Part shown: piece after piece, positions 1 through 19,330 of the stretch
Numbering within the stretch: the first letter of the stretch is position 1
Layout of the letters: each line of letters begins with the position of its first letter
DNA from: Macrostomum lignano
Taxonomy: Eukaryota
DNA length: 64,000 bases
Direction of reading: 5' to 3'
NCBI GenBank assembly: GCA_002269645.1
Contig: NIVC01001776.1
Coordinates: 124,001-188,000 of the forward strand
The notes under the pieces: generated by a model
Seen by the model: only the letters and a program-made list of their open reading frames with translations
The model's database searches: none
What the model was told of the DNA's origin: nothing
Program-made: the position numbers and the translations under genes

Positions 1-8031
<8,031 letters not shown>

Positions 8032-9135
8032 GATGCTGACTATGCGTAGCTCTGGATATTGCCGACCGAGGAGCCCCCTTTCAAAACGAGCGCTTTTACC
8101 GCTCCATCACTGCGTTAGTTTATAAAAAGCGAGCGCAGAGTCTCAGCAGTGCCTCCCCCCTAAGCCACTGCGTCCCTCTGCCAGGAGAAAGTGGCTCCGG
8201 ACAGCCAATCAGAGCTCGGCGCATGGGCAAACAATCTGCAAGGGGATCCGCCTCGCAAAGGCTTGAGAGAGAGACACAGGGAGGGATAAGAACCCGGGGG
8301 GCAGGAGTATACATCATCATCATTGTCATGGTCTGCAGCGAAACAGCTTATGGTTGTTGTTTTTTAGTTTCTACCTCTGGACGCGGCCAAATCTCTCTAA
8401 ATCCTGTACTTTTTGACAGCGACTGTGAGGGGCACTTCAAGCGGGAAAGACTGTTGAGAGAGGCCTTGAACTGAAGGAATTCTGGGAAGAGAGGCGCGCA
8501 GAAAGCAGCTGTAGTAGGAATTTCTCCGTTTCGTCGGACTGCCCTGTCAAACTCACTGCATTCAGGCGCACCTCAGCTACACTGCGGTACTCATTACTGG
8601 CTGTACTGCCAATCCAGGTGTGGAAATTTGCCAAACTAATCGCTGCCGTACAGTTGCCAACTCAGTGGGAATCCGGAAGAGAAATATTTAAAAGTATGTG
8701 AACACAGCGGAATTGATTAAGTTGATGAAATTCCAAGTTGCATAAGAAAATTAGTCAAATATATTACTATTAGTAGAAGTGATTTCTGCTAAATGAAATA
8801 TCGAAGTGATCTAAAAATGAACTTAAACTCGTTCTTTTTCTTCTTATCTGTTCATCGGAAGACTATAAGCTTAGCAAATTTGTAAAAGTACAAACGAATA
8901 CACAATCGTAAACAAAAATCTGGTTATACCCAATATTCTTTAGGGCGAAGTTGGGCCATAGAAATAAATAAAAAACAGGGTTTCAACTGAACACAATCGT
9001 TTTGATAAATTACTCTGGCAAAGAGTGGTTTGTAATTGCTTGGAGACAGCTGTTTGCTTATTGAATATAACAAAAGTTCAACTATTCTTTCCTCCAGTCT
9101 TTGCTTAAATCAGAGGATTAAGAGAGAAAGTTCCA

Positions 9136-12100
9136 ATGCAGTCGTTTCTGACGCCGCTCGTTCTGCTTCTTCTGGTTGTTCATTTGGCAATTGGCCTGCA
9201 GGCGAAGCCCGGACAAGGTGACTTGGGCGATGCTCCAGGTAAGCCATGAGGAGCTCTTCTTAATTTGAATCTCTGCTTTTATAACGTAATAATTGTAAAA
9301 AGGAAAGATCCTTTCCACCCTGCAAGTCGGAGGCGAGGTACTGTCACCTGTGTCTGCGAGACCCAATTAGTTGTCAGAGGTATTGTCACCTGTGTCTGCG
9401 AGACCCAATTAATTGTCAGAGGTACTGTCACCTGTTCCTGAGTGACCCTAAAAGGCAGGAATGTTCCCACCTGTGTATTTAATGACCCTGATTGTCAAGG
9501 GCACTGTCACCTGTGTATTTAATGACCCGGATTGTCGGGGGTATTGTCATCTGTGTATTTAATAACCCTGATTGTCGGGGGTATTGTCACCTGTGTATTT
9601 AATGACCCTGATTGTCGGGGACATTGTCACTTGTGTATTTGATAACCCTGATAGTCAAGGGCACTGTCACCTGTGTATTTAATGACCCTGAATGTCAGGG
9701 GTATTGTCGCCTGTGTATTTATTGATCTTAAAAGTGGGGGTATTGTCACCTGTGTATTTTAGCTCGTATGACTCTGACTGCAAGTGGTTTTCTAAAACCC
9801 GCCCGCACCTCCTTTCCAGCAGGAGTCGCCGATCACAGAAAGCCCCCGCGCATCCTGGACTTCAAAGTCTACGGCCTGTACAAGTGGCTGAGCTGGTCGG
9901 CGCCGCTCAGGGAACTCACCGGGGAGCAGGTGGTGTCGGGGAATTTCTACCTCGAACTGTTGTACAACGGAGAGGATCTGGGTTCGAAGCCCGACCCGGC
10001 TGGAAACGGTGAGTTAATGAACTCTTGTTAAAACTTCATTGGGCTTTGCTTAAATTGTCACCGACTATAGTCACAGTGTCAATTGATTTCAGTGACAATT
10101 GACTGCCAGTGACAATTGACTGTCAGTGACAATTGACTGTCAGTGACAATTGACTGTCAGTGACTATTGACTGCCAGTGACAATTGACTGCCAGTGACAA
10201 TTGACTGTCAGTGACAATTGACTGTCAGTGACAATTGACTGCCAGTGACAATTGACTGCCAGTGACAATTGACTGTCAGTGACAATTGACTGTCAGTGAC
10301 AATTGAATGTCAGTAACATTCAAAGTTCATATTTTTGCTTTAAACTCGTCCTCACGCAGACCAGCTATCCATCAAACTGCCCGACCTCGGGTCCAACTTG
10401 CTGGATGTCACCGACGTGTTGATCCTGTTCAAAAGCGAACACCTCGGCAACAAGTCCCTGACTTGTTCGTTTCCGCTGGCTAGAATGGGAAAAAATCTGT
10501 GCAACTTCACCACTGTCAACAAGTACATTGCCTTGGTGGTTAGAGGTAAGATTCGAAAGTTTTATGCCGAAGATTTTAAAACAATACTTTTCAAGCCTTT
10601 TGCAGCGTTCAGAGTGCCTTCCTCTATCAGTAATATTGATATTCCTATTGAACTTCAAATTGTTGACCTTTTTTAAGTGCAATTTTTGCTCACTCTAAAG
10701 TGGCGCCAAGACGCCTTTATCTGCCTCGCTTATGATTTGGAATAAAGACTGAGGCTTGCATACCGAGCGGAATTTCGGGTGCTACTGTTAACGCACGTCA
10801 CCGCATGGTAATATTAGTGAACGCTTAAAGAGGATGTGAACTCAAGAGTCAAAATGTAGCCCGAAACATTGGGTCCCGATTTCTCTACGCCAAGTCTTTT
10901 CATTTGGAGCCAAACCCTCGTAGCTCCCGTTATGCCTAAAACCGACCACTTTAGTATTTGGGAATCTCTATGGGGAGAAATGGGATAAATGGGGTTTTCA
11001 TGTGAACTTAAAGCTCTATAGAACGGAGCCTGAAGCATTGGGTCTCGGTTTCTCTAAGCCAATCCCTTCATTTGGAGATTCAAATGCTTAAATGACGAGA
11101 TGACCATGATAAACGCTCTTCTTAATACTTTTTTATGTTATCCCCCCACCCCAGCTCTCATTGTGTTTCCCCACCTTGATGGAGACGTAAATAACGTCAA
11201 AGGGGTTTGTATCACACATTTTAGACAGACAATTTCTACCTCGACGAAGTGGACGTTAAGCCGACGTTTCGAGACGAAGGGTGGTAAACATCATTTTCGC
11301 ACATTTATATCGTGAAATCCCCATTTCTCCCCATAGAGATCCCCAAATTCTAAAGTGGTCGGTTTTAGGTACGGCGGGAGCTATTTAGCTCCAAATGAAT
11401 AGAGAAATCGGAACCAAATGTTTCGGGCTCCATTTTGACTCTTAAGTTCACATCCTCTTTCAATTTGCATCGCTTTGACTTTGCTTGGACAGAGGACAGA
11501 GGCTCGTCTGGTGGCCCGGAGAAACCGGATGAGCCGTGGGAAGTTCTCTGGCCGGCAAGCGTCGTCCAGGGGACGGGTCCAGGGGACGCGAGTCACTCCC
11601 GAAGTGGTGGAGCCGGTCTCGTTTGAACACCCGGCAGTGGCAGACGAAGTGCTTAACTTCCTCGTTCTCGAGGTTGCAAAAGGGGCAGAGTTTGCTCCGG
11701 CGGTCGCTTTGTGGAAATTGCCTGACAAAGCAACCGTGACCTGTGAAGGTCATAGTGAGAGCACGGGTATCCCTTCGATTTTTGGTTCAGAAGAATTTCC
11801 CGCAGCTTAGAAGAGGAGATTGGCGGCAGTTGGGGATTTCGTCCCGAATTTCATCACTATTTGATCCAACAATCAAGGCGCTGCATGCATTTTAACCAGA
11901 GCGAATCCGACTGCACAGCTGTCGCCAGTCCAGCAACCTGAGAGGTGCCGATGGTACATTCTCGTGCAGCCTGGCCTACGACGAAGAGTGCTCTGTATCA
12001 ACTAGCCCGAAGGTGTCCTTGAGCAGCTGCGCGATGACCAGTGCGAGTCATCGGCCCTGGTGGATGGCGCAGACTGACAGGAGCTTCCAGTTCGAGCGGA

Positions 12101-14447
12101 TCGAGCTGCACTCGGCTGCCGAGTTCAACCAGTGGACTAAAAACTTCCAACTGTCCGTTGAGAATTCTATCTGCGTCAATGGGAAAAACGGAAACTTGTT
12201 CGTCAGGAAGTCGTTCAACTGCGAAGCTACCGGCAGCTGGGTCATGGTGACGGCGCTGGACAGCGACGTCAGACTCACTATATGCCAACTGGTGGCTCAC
12301 GGATCTCCCGGAGGTGAGCAAAGTTTATGGTTATTGCTGAAATATGGCTCATGGGTGGGGTTTTGAGATGCCAATTGATGTCAGTGTCAATGTCTTTGAC
12401 TTACTTGCGAGACTTGACTTAGCTTCAGGGGATTCCAGGCATCCGGATACAGCGAGGAGGTGTCGCCACCCATTCTGCTAAGCCCTGGCAACCACGGGCA
12501 GCTGGTGCTGCGGTGTCGCACAGGGAGATCTAGGGTGCCGGTGTCCGCAGCTCGGTCCCCCTCCGGAGAGCCCGGTAGTCCACAGGTAGCGGACGAGCTG
12601 GTAGAGGGTGTCGGGTCTGAAAACGTTAGAGAGGTCCGGGTTTGGGCCGAGTTAGGTGAGCCTGTCCTGAGTACTCCAAACTCCATGGCACTGCAGGATG
12701 TGGCGAAATTTCGAAACCGCAAGCCGACAGCGACGACGACAAGGACGACTCAACTGCCGGCAGCAATGGCCAAGCGTGCCAGCGAACCCTGCGAAGCCAC
12801 CTTGGCCAGGGCAGGGCGGCCTACCCGGGCGGTCTGAACTGCCAGTGGACTCTGGCGCCGCCGCACCGGTCAGCCAAGCTGCTGCTCCAGTTCCCGGAGT
12901 TCAGCACGGCCGGGCCGCAGGACTATGTGGCCGTGTACGAGGGCGCGAGCGTTGGCGGCAAACTGCTGGGCAAATTCTACGGCAAGGCGGGCGGCAAAAC
13001 GGCGCCACCAAGCTACAGCGAGCCGAGCGTCTTCGGCGCCAAGAACTACCTGATGTCTGGCAGCACTAGCAACGCTGTGACGGTGCAGTTCGTCACAGCG
13101 CGAGTCGCCAACGGAAAGAAGCCGTTGCCTCGCAGTGCGGATAAGTACGGTGGATTTCTGATTAAGTTCACCATTGTTAAAGGTGAGTTGTTGTCTGCAA
13201 AAGACAGTTAAAAAATTGACTAAATTTGCCACACATCTGCTTTAAATTGTGTTACAGACGACGAATATCTCGACAATGGGAAGAGAAGCGACTTTAGTGT
13301 AAGACACGGTTTGAAACAAAATTAACAATTGTGTCAACTCGATTCGATGCAAATACTTTCGATGGAACGTCTCCTCCACTGTAGGATCCACTTCGAAAGT
13401 GCAACCTGCCGTCCTACGCTGAGAAGCTCTACACTCTGTGCTATAATCGAGGCAGAATCAACCCCATCTATCTCTATGGAAACGAAACTGGAGGTGAGAG
13501 AATGCAAAGTTGACTTCTGGGACAACATTGCCTCAATTTAGAAAAAAAACTCGTTTAGAATTAGGTGGAAACCTGCAAAGCAAGCTTAACTGATTCGAGA
13601 TTAATGCGACTCACTGAAAACAAACAAAAGTTACTTGTCATGGAATCGGGTGTCTTCTTAGGACAAAATTGATCAATTTAGATAACTGTACCTTCTTCCG
13701 ATTAATTGGTGACTCATTCATTTTAAAGGTGACTCATTCATTTTAAAGGTGACTCATTCATTTTAAAGGTGACTCATTCATTTTAAAGGTGACTCATTCA
13801 TTTTAAAGGTGACTCATTCATTTTAAAGGTGACTCATTCATTTTAAAGGTGACTCATTCATTTTAAAGGTGACTCATTCATTTTAAAGGTGACTCATTCA
13901 TTTTAAAGGTGACTCATTCATTTTAAAGGTGACTCATTCATTTTAAAGGTGACTCATTCATTTAAAGGTGACTCATTCATTTTAAAGGTGACTCATTCAT
14001 TTTAAAGATGACTCATTGAGATTAAAAGTGAATCATTGGAATCAAAGGTGACTCGTTGAGATAAAAGGTGACTCATTCAAATCAAGGTAAGCAAGGTTAC
14101 TAAGCAATGCTCTATCTCATGGTGCAGGTAAAATGCTGCAAGCCTACGTTTCAAGCAACGGTAAAATTCCGCTGCCACCAATCAACATTGAGCTGATGGG
14201 GGAGAAGCTGGGAGTCACTCTGTTCCGCGTCCCGGAGATCGAAGCGGACCTGACTGACGCAAAGGTGGGCAGCTGGTGCCGGGCCTACAAAAAGCCGGAG
14301 GTGCCGCCGAGGTACTTCAGCGAGTGTTGCTGCCGATACTGCTCTCTGAGGTACCTGTCCAGGTACTGCATGTGGGACTACAGCAGCACCAGCGATTGCG
14401 CGCTGACAACCAACAGGACTGGGCTGGTGTTTTCGCCACCGCACTGA
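9136..14447 (+). CDS. Secreted protein: signal peptide + unassigned region + F-type lectin/F5-8C-like domain + CUB + Cys-rich C-terminus
   Basis: Exons 9136-9238 (MQSFLTPLVLLLLVVHLAIG signal), 9820/9823-10008, 10360-10545, 11900-12313 (CAMTSASHRPWW...IELH...LTICQLVAHG), 12697-13182 (CG...YPGGLNCQWTL...DYVAVYEG...GFLIKF, CUB), possible 13258-~13298, last exon 14128-14447. Phase-1 junctions agree for the main exons; 12429-12655 and 13258-13298 are uncertain. Confidence 0.75.
9335..9765. repeat. 40-43 bp minisatellite in intron 1 of the lectin-CUB gene
   Basis: Unit gtcacctgtgtatttaatgaccctgattgtcgggggtatt; period 40 (9471 to 9511). Confidence 0.9.
10078..10318. repeat. 17-bp minisatellite, ~14 copies
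   Basis: Unit cagtgacaattgactg(c/t); period 17 (10090 to 10107). Confidence 0.93.
10829..11458. mobile_element. MITE with ~160-bp imperfect terminal inverted repeats; TTAA-type target (Kolobok-like, inferred)
   Basis: Left arm agaggatgtgaactcaagagtcaaaatg...ctatggggagaaatggg mirrors right arm ccccatttctccccatagag...cattttgactcttaagttcacatcctct. Flanks are TTAA (10825-10828) and TTCA (11459-11462). No ORF inside. Confidence 0.8.
11463..11830 (-). mobile_element. Degenerate 3' fragment of a non-LTR retrotransposon ORF2 (CCHC zinc knuckle)
   Basis: DTRALTMTFTGHGCFVRQF...LCPFCNLENEEVKHFVCHCRVF: TGHG motif plus C-x2-C...H-x4-C, typical of the post-RT region of R1/I-group LINEs. Frame is broken upstream. 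Confidence 0.72.
13708..14090. repeat. 20-bp minisatellite carrying TGACTCA in each unit (~17 sites)
   Basis: Unit ggtgactcattcattttaaa, nearly perfect, degenerating at the right end. Confidence 0.95.
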
Positions 14448-15178
14448 GCGAACCGAAGGACAAACTAAAAGTACAATCTAATTGATTTTGTAGCAACTAT
14501 ATATGCACCCTAAACAACGACAAAAAAATAACAAAAAATTCTTCAATGCGAAAAAATTCTCACAAAGCGCGCTTCTTACTACTTGCCTCGATGTATCGTT
14601 TAGAAAAATGCTTAAAATATGACAATATCTGCTGATTGCACCCTTTGATTCAGAATTCAATAGCTATAGAAATTGTACACAAATTTGCTACCAATCAATC
14701 ACATTGTTTGAAATCAAAACATTCTTGCTTTGTCCCGCAAAAACACTCAAAAGCCCAAATTGTCTGAACAGACAAATTTTTCGTATGCTCTACTATTAGT
14801 AGCATCAGCCAGACTTTTCTTTTATCTCGAACTTCATGCGTTTTAAGTCATAATCCAACACAAACACTATATAATTCATAAGCAGAATAAATATTAATAA
14901 ATCTTTAGTATTATTAAACTCTTCTTACTGGCGATTATTTCATCTATTTTATGGAAGTCCGGTCTGGGGTGGTCTGGGCTTGAAGACAGATTGGGCAGCC
15001 AGAGTCTGGGCTGGTCCAATCACAGGGCACACAGTGGGGAGAAGATTGGCTTACAAGGGGTCGTAAGCCAATCAGTGCGAGCGCGAGAGAGTAAGAGGGT
15101 CAGAGAGATGTCAGCTGATTAGTCCGAACGCTCCGGTTTGCCAGACCAGAAAGATTGCCGAGACGATGGCAGACACCC

Positions 15179-16733
15179 TGAAGTGAAACGAAGGCGCCGT
15201 TAGCAAGAGGATGGGAGAAATCAGCCGACACGCGCGTGATGCGTGAACAAGCATCCAGCCTTGGCAGCAACTCCCCAGATGCACAAGATCTGCATGCCTA
15301 AAAATAGTCCTGATGATCGGCGAGCAAGAAGCCCAGCCATGCGACCCTCGCGTGATGCATGCACAACCTCTGACCGACACTGCCTATTGGGCCTCGAAAT
15401 CCCACTCTCTCTCCCTACTGCTCCTATTCCTCGTTGCTCGCGTACAGTGTGCTAGCTTATAAAATATACTGATTGAAGAGGAAAGATCCTCGCCTGAAGT
15501 TTGAGAATGTGACTCTAGAGATCACAAAGAGAAAGTTACCATCGAGGTCCATTGTTCGTTGTCTTCCTGAACTGTTGGCAGAAGGAAACGATAATATGGG
15601 AAAACCCCATATAATTTTTCGTTTCAATTGGTTCCACTGACCGCGTGAGTCGCCGCTAGACAGAAGTCTCAGACACCATGCAGTTACCGCTCTGCTGCAT
15701 GTCTTCAACAGCCATTCGAATGAATCGAGAACTGAGACTTTCCTGCCTTCAGTAAAGGAAAACTTCGAACTAAACAAGACCAATGGACGAAGATCAAGAA
15801 GCGACGCAGTTTACCCTTCCAAGAAGAAACTTTCGTTGAGAGATCTACACAATCAATTTGGTCAAGACGGTATTTTTCCGACGTCCTATTTAACTGCAAT
15901 GTACCTTCAGCCAGCATCCCGATCTGACTGTCTACCAGACGCTGTTTCAATTTGTCGAGTCTCCGTGTCCAGTCCTATTTGCGTCACTGTTTAGGGCATC
16001 GAAAAGCCCATTCAATTTGTCGAGTTTCCGAGTTCACGTGAATCCCCCTCTCAGATCTGATTAAATAGTCAAGAGGATATGCTGGTACAATTCATCCACT
16101 GTTGTCACAAGTTCACTTTGCCCCTTGACCAAGTTTCGTGTTTCAACAACATCAACTCAACTGCAAGTTACCAAGTGGTACTGCGTATCGCAAGCAAATG
16201 CACAACTGTACGCCATGTCATCATTGCTCCAAGCTTATTTTCAACAGAGCTCGGAGGGCCTCGCTTCCCTGAAAAAAGAGCGACTGAAGTGAAACGAAGG
16301 CGCCGTTAGCAAGAGGATGGGAGAAATCAGCCGACACGCGCGTGATGCGTGAACAAGCATCCAGCCTTGGCAGCAACTCCCCAGATGCACAAGATCTGCA
16401 TGCCTAAAAATAGTCCTGATGATCGGCGAGCAAGAAGCCCAGCCATGCGACCCTCGCGTGATGCATGCACAACCTCTGACCGACACTGCCTATTGGGCCT
16501 CGAAATCCCACTCTCTCTCCCTACTGCTCCTATTCCTCGTTGCTCGCGTACAGTGTGCTAGCTTATAAAATATACTGATTGAAGAGGAAAGATCCTCGCC
16601 TGAAGTTTGAGAATGTGACTCTAGAGATCACACAGAGAAAGTTACCATCGAAGTCCATTGTTCGTTGTCTTCCTGAACTGTTGGCAGAAGGAAACGATAA
16701 TATGGGAAAAACCCATATAAATTTTTCGTTTCA
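15179..16733 (+). mobile_element. Complete non-autonomous LTR retrotransposon (TRIM-like), 1555 bp
   Basis: LTRs 15179-15626 and 16285-16733 (TG...CA, only a few differences); 4-bp TSD ACCC on both sides; PBS-like tggttccactgaccg at 15629; purine tract gaaaaaagag before the 3' LTR; TATA-like tataaaa in the LTR; no gag/pol ORF. Confidence 0.93.
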
Positions 16734-17596
16734 ACCCCACCTAGGGAAAATGGGGTGTCAATGTTGGCCGCACAGATACTAAATTAACTAGATGGGCCAC
16801 TCGCGCATATATACTTAGTAAAGCAGCTTTCTACTTTCATTTCAGTAGCAAAGAAGAATACATAAGCTAATTTATAAAAATAAAGGCAGCTGAAATGACT
16901 TCGATAAGTTTAGAAGCAGGCGTAAACAACTTGCTAATTGGTTCAGCAGTAATGTACATAGGCCAGTCCGCTCAAATGTACATGGCTGCTTTTGTCTGGA
17001 ATTCCGAGAGAGGCAATAAAAATTGGAGCGGGGCAAGCGTAGAAAGCCGTAGTGTGGAAAGGCGCGGTTGAAGGGTTTAAGCTGGGGGTAAGAGCCAATT
17101 AATGAGTCTTGGCTTTAAACATTTAAATTAAAATGCTTCTGTTAAACTTACTACTGAACTGAAGTAGCTTACACGCAAATGTGCTAAGTAGCCCATCTAG
17201 TTATTCTAGTATTTGTGCTGTTTTCTTCAACCGCAAATCTACAACAAACAAATTCATTTAAAAATACGATATTGCAGCTGACAGCCTTTGCGAGCATGCA
17301 GAACTAGCTGTGTATCCATGGAAACGCGTCATTGGGACGAGATTTAATACAGAGTGGTGGCACTGTTAATCTCCTGCGAATAGAGAATACGACTGCCTAC
17401 TGGTCATTGCAATCTGCAGTGTCGTAAGTTTTGTCGAGTTCAAAGGTGCCGCAGCCTCTAGCGGGACGTTATCTTATCTTACACTGTAGATGCATGTCTG
17501 TTGGTAAAGTTTGCTCATTATTAGCTGCAGCGCTAAACTCTTCAGCAGGGAGAACTGAAATCTTGCTAAAGATTCTTTGAAATTTTGTGCTGACGT

Positions 17597-18128
17597 TTGG
17601 ACCCTTTCCCATAGAATCCTGGACCATTTCCCATAGAATCTTGGACCCTTTTCCCATGGAATCCTGGACCCTTTCCCATAGAATCCTGGACCCTTTCCCA
17701 TGGAATCCTGGACCCTTTCACATAGAATCCTGGACCCTTTCCCATGGAATCCTGGACCCTTTTCCCATGGAATACTGGACCCTTTCCCATAGAATCCTGG
17801 ACCCTTTCCCATGGAATACTGGACCCTTTCCCATAGAATCCTGGACCCTTTCCCATGGAATCCTGGACCCTTTCACATAGAATCCTGGACCCTTTCCCAT
17901 GGAATCCTGGACCCTTTCACATAAAATCCTGGACCCTTTCCCATGGAATCCTGGACCCTTTTCCAATGGAATCCTGGACCCTTTTCCCATGGAATCCTGG
18001 ACCCTTTTCCAATGAAATCCTGGACCCTTTCCCGTAGAATCCTGGACCCTTTTCCCATGGAATCCTGGACCCTTTTCCCATAGAATCCTGGACCCTTTCC
18101 CATAGAATCCGAAACCCTTTCCCATAGA
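17597..18128. repeat. 21/22-bp minisatellite, ~24 copies
   Basis: Unit gaatcctggacccttt(t)cccat(g/a). Confidence 0.93.
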
Positions 18129-18395
18129 ATTCCCTTTCAAACAGAGCAACATTGATGGGGTGACCATTTTCCTTCAGGTCTCGGAAGAATTCACAAGCTG
18201 ACTTAGCAGCTCCCCAAAGCTGCTCATAGTCCAAGCTGGTATAGGGCGCTACGTACATAAGCGAGAACTCAGGCTGCACAGGGCATCGATACACCATGAC
18301 ATTCAGCAGCAGCAGCAGGAGCAGTTGAACTGGATGCAGTCGGCACAACTTGAGACATCTTCATGAAATTCTGTCTGGTAGGAACGAGGCGCACT

Positions 18396-18756
18396 TGAGG
18401 TGACGGTTGATTGGTTTGTGAGTTGGGTAACTGTGGAGGGCTTTGTTTGCTTAACTTCGCTTAGTCACTTTGTTTGCCACTGCGATCTGCGTGTACTCAC
18501 TAAATCATTGTGTACTCTATGCGTACTCTACTCTGTTCAATGTGCATCACTGCACTAGCCATTGCCCCGCCCGTTAAGTCTCTACCATTTTTACCCTCTC
18601 CACTTACAGTGCCAGTGCATAAGTTAAATTCAATATTTACAATATTTAAGCTATTTCACGCAGATCGCAAGTTGCAAACAAAGTGACCAAGCGAAGTTAA
18701 GCAAACAACCCCCCCCCACAGTTACCCAGCTCACAAACCAATCAACCGTCACCTCA
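18396..18756. mobile_element. MITE-like foldback element with ~100-bp inverted arms
   Basis: tgaggtgacggttgattggtttgtgag...gcgatctgcgtg (18396-18493) is the reverse complement of cacgcagatcgc...caatcaaccgtcacctca (18658-18756). No clear TSD. Confidence 0.72.
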
Positions 18757-19330
18757 CAACTGACGCCAATATGGCTGTCTAGCTAATGCTAAATGAGTGC
18801 TCACCGATTCATTCACTGACAAGCTGCACTGCTCTTCAGCCAGCCATTCGACGCTATGAGAAAATCCTATAAAATCCTATCAGAATTGATTAAATACGAG
18901 GTACAGTCGCAGTTTCAGTTTGCCAATCTGTCAGATTGGATGACAGAGACAGGAAGATGCAGTTCCAGAGATGACAGGTATTGATGCTGCCACGGTTTCG
19001 GTTTCGGATGCAGGTTTGCCAATACAGCGATTAGAAATGTCCACAATTAATTTGCCCCGCAGCAAGCCCAGTGTTTGAATTACACTAGACTCAGGTTGAA
19101 TTTGTCCAAGAGTAGCAACTGTCCGGAGCATACTTAGCTGTGCCCCCGGGTAAACGGAAATGCGACCGTCCATACCTGGCTCATATCAATGCAGGTAGAT
19201 TACAGGTAGGCTGAGAAAACACCCTCTTGTCAGTATTTAATCTAAGCTCAATCCGACTGGCTATCAAGTCGCAGAGCTTTTTCAGAATCGAATCGCAGCT
19301 CATACGGAACAGCGGATTACAGAACAGCAG

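Noticed and set aside
17917-18348. Signal-peptide-like ORF (LLLLLLLNVMVY...)
   Set aside because: No in-frame ATG (starts at TTG after a stop), it runs into the minisatellite, and no consistent downstream exon was found.
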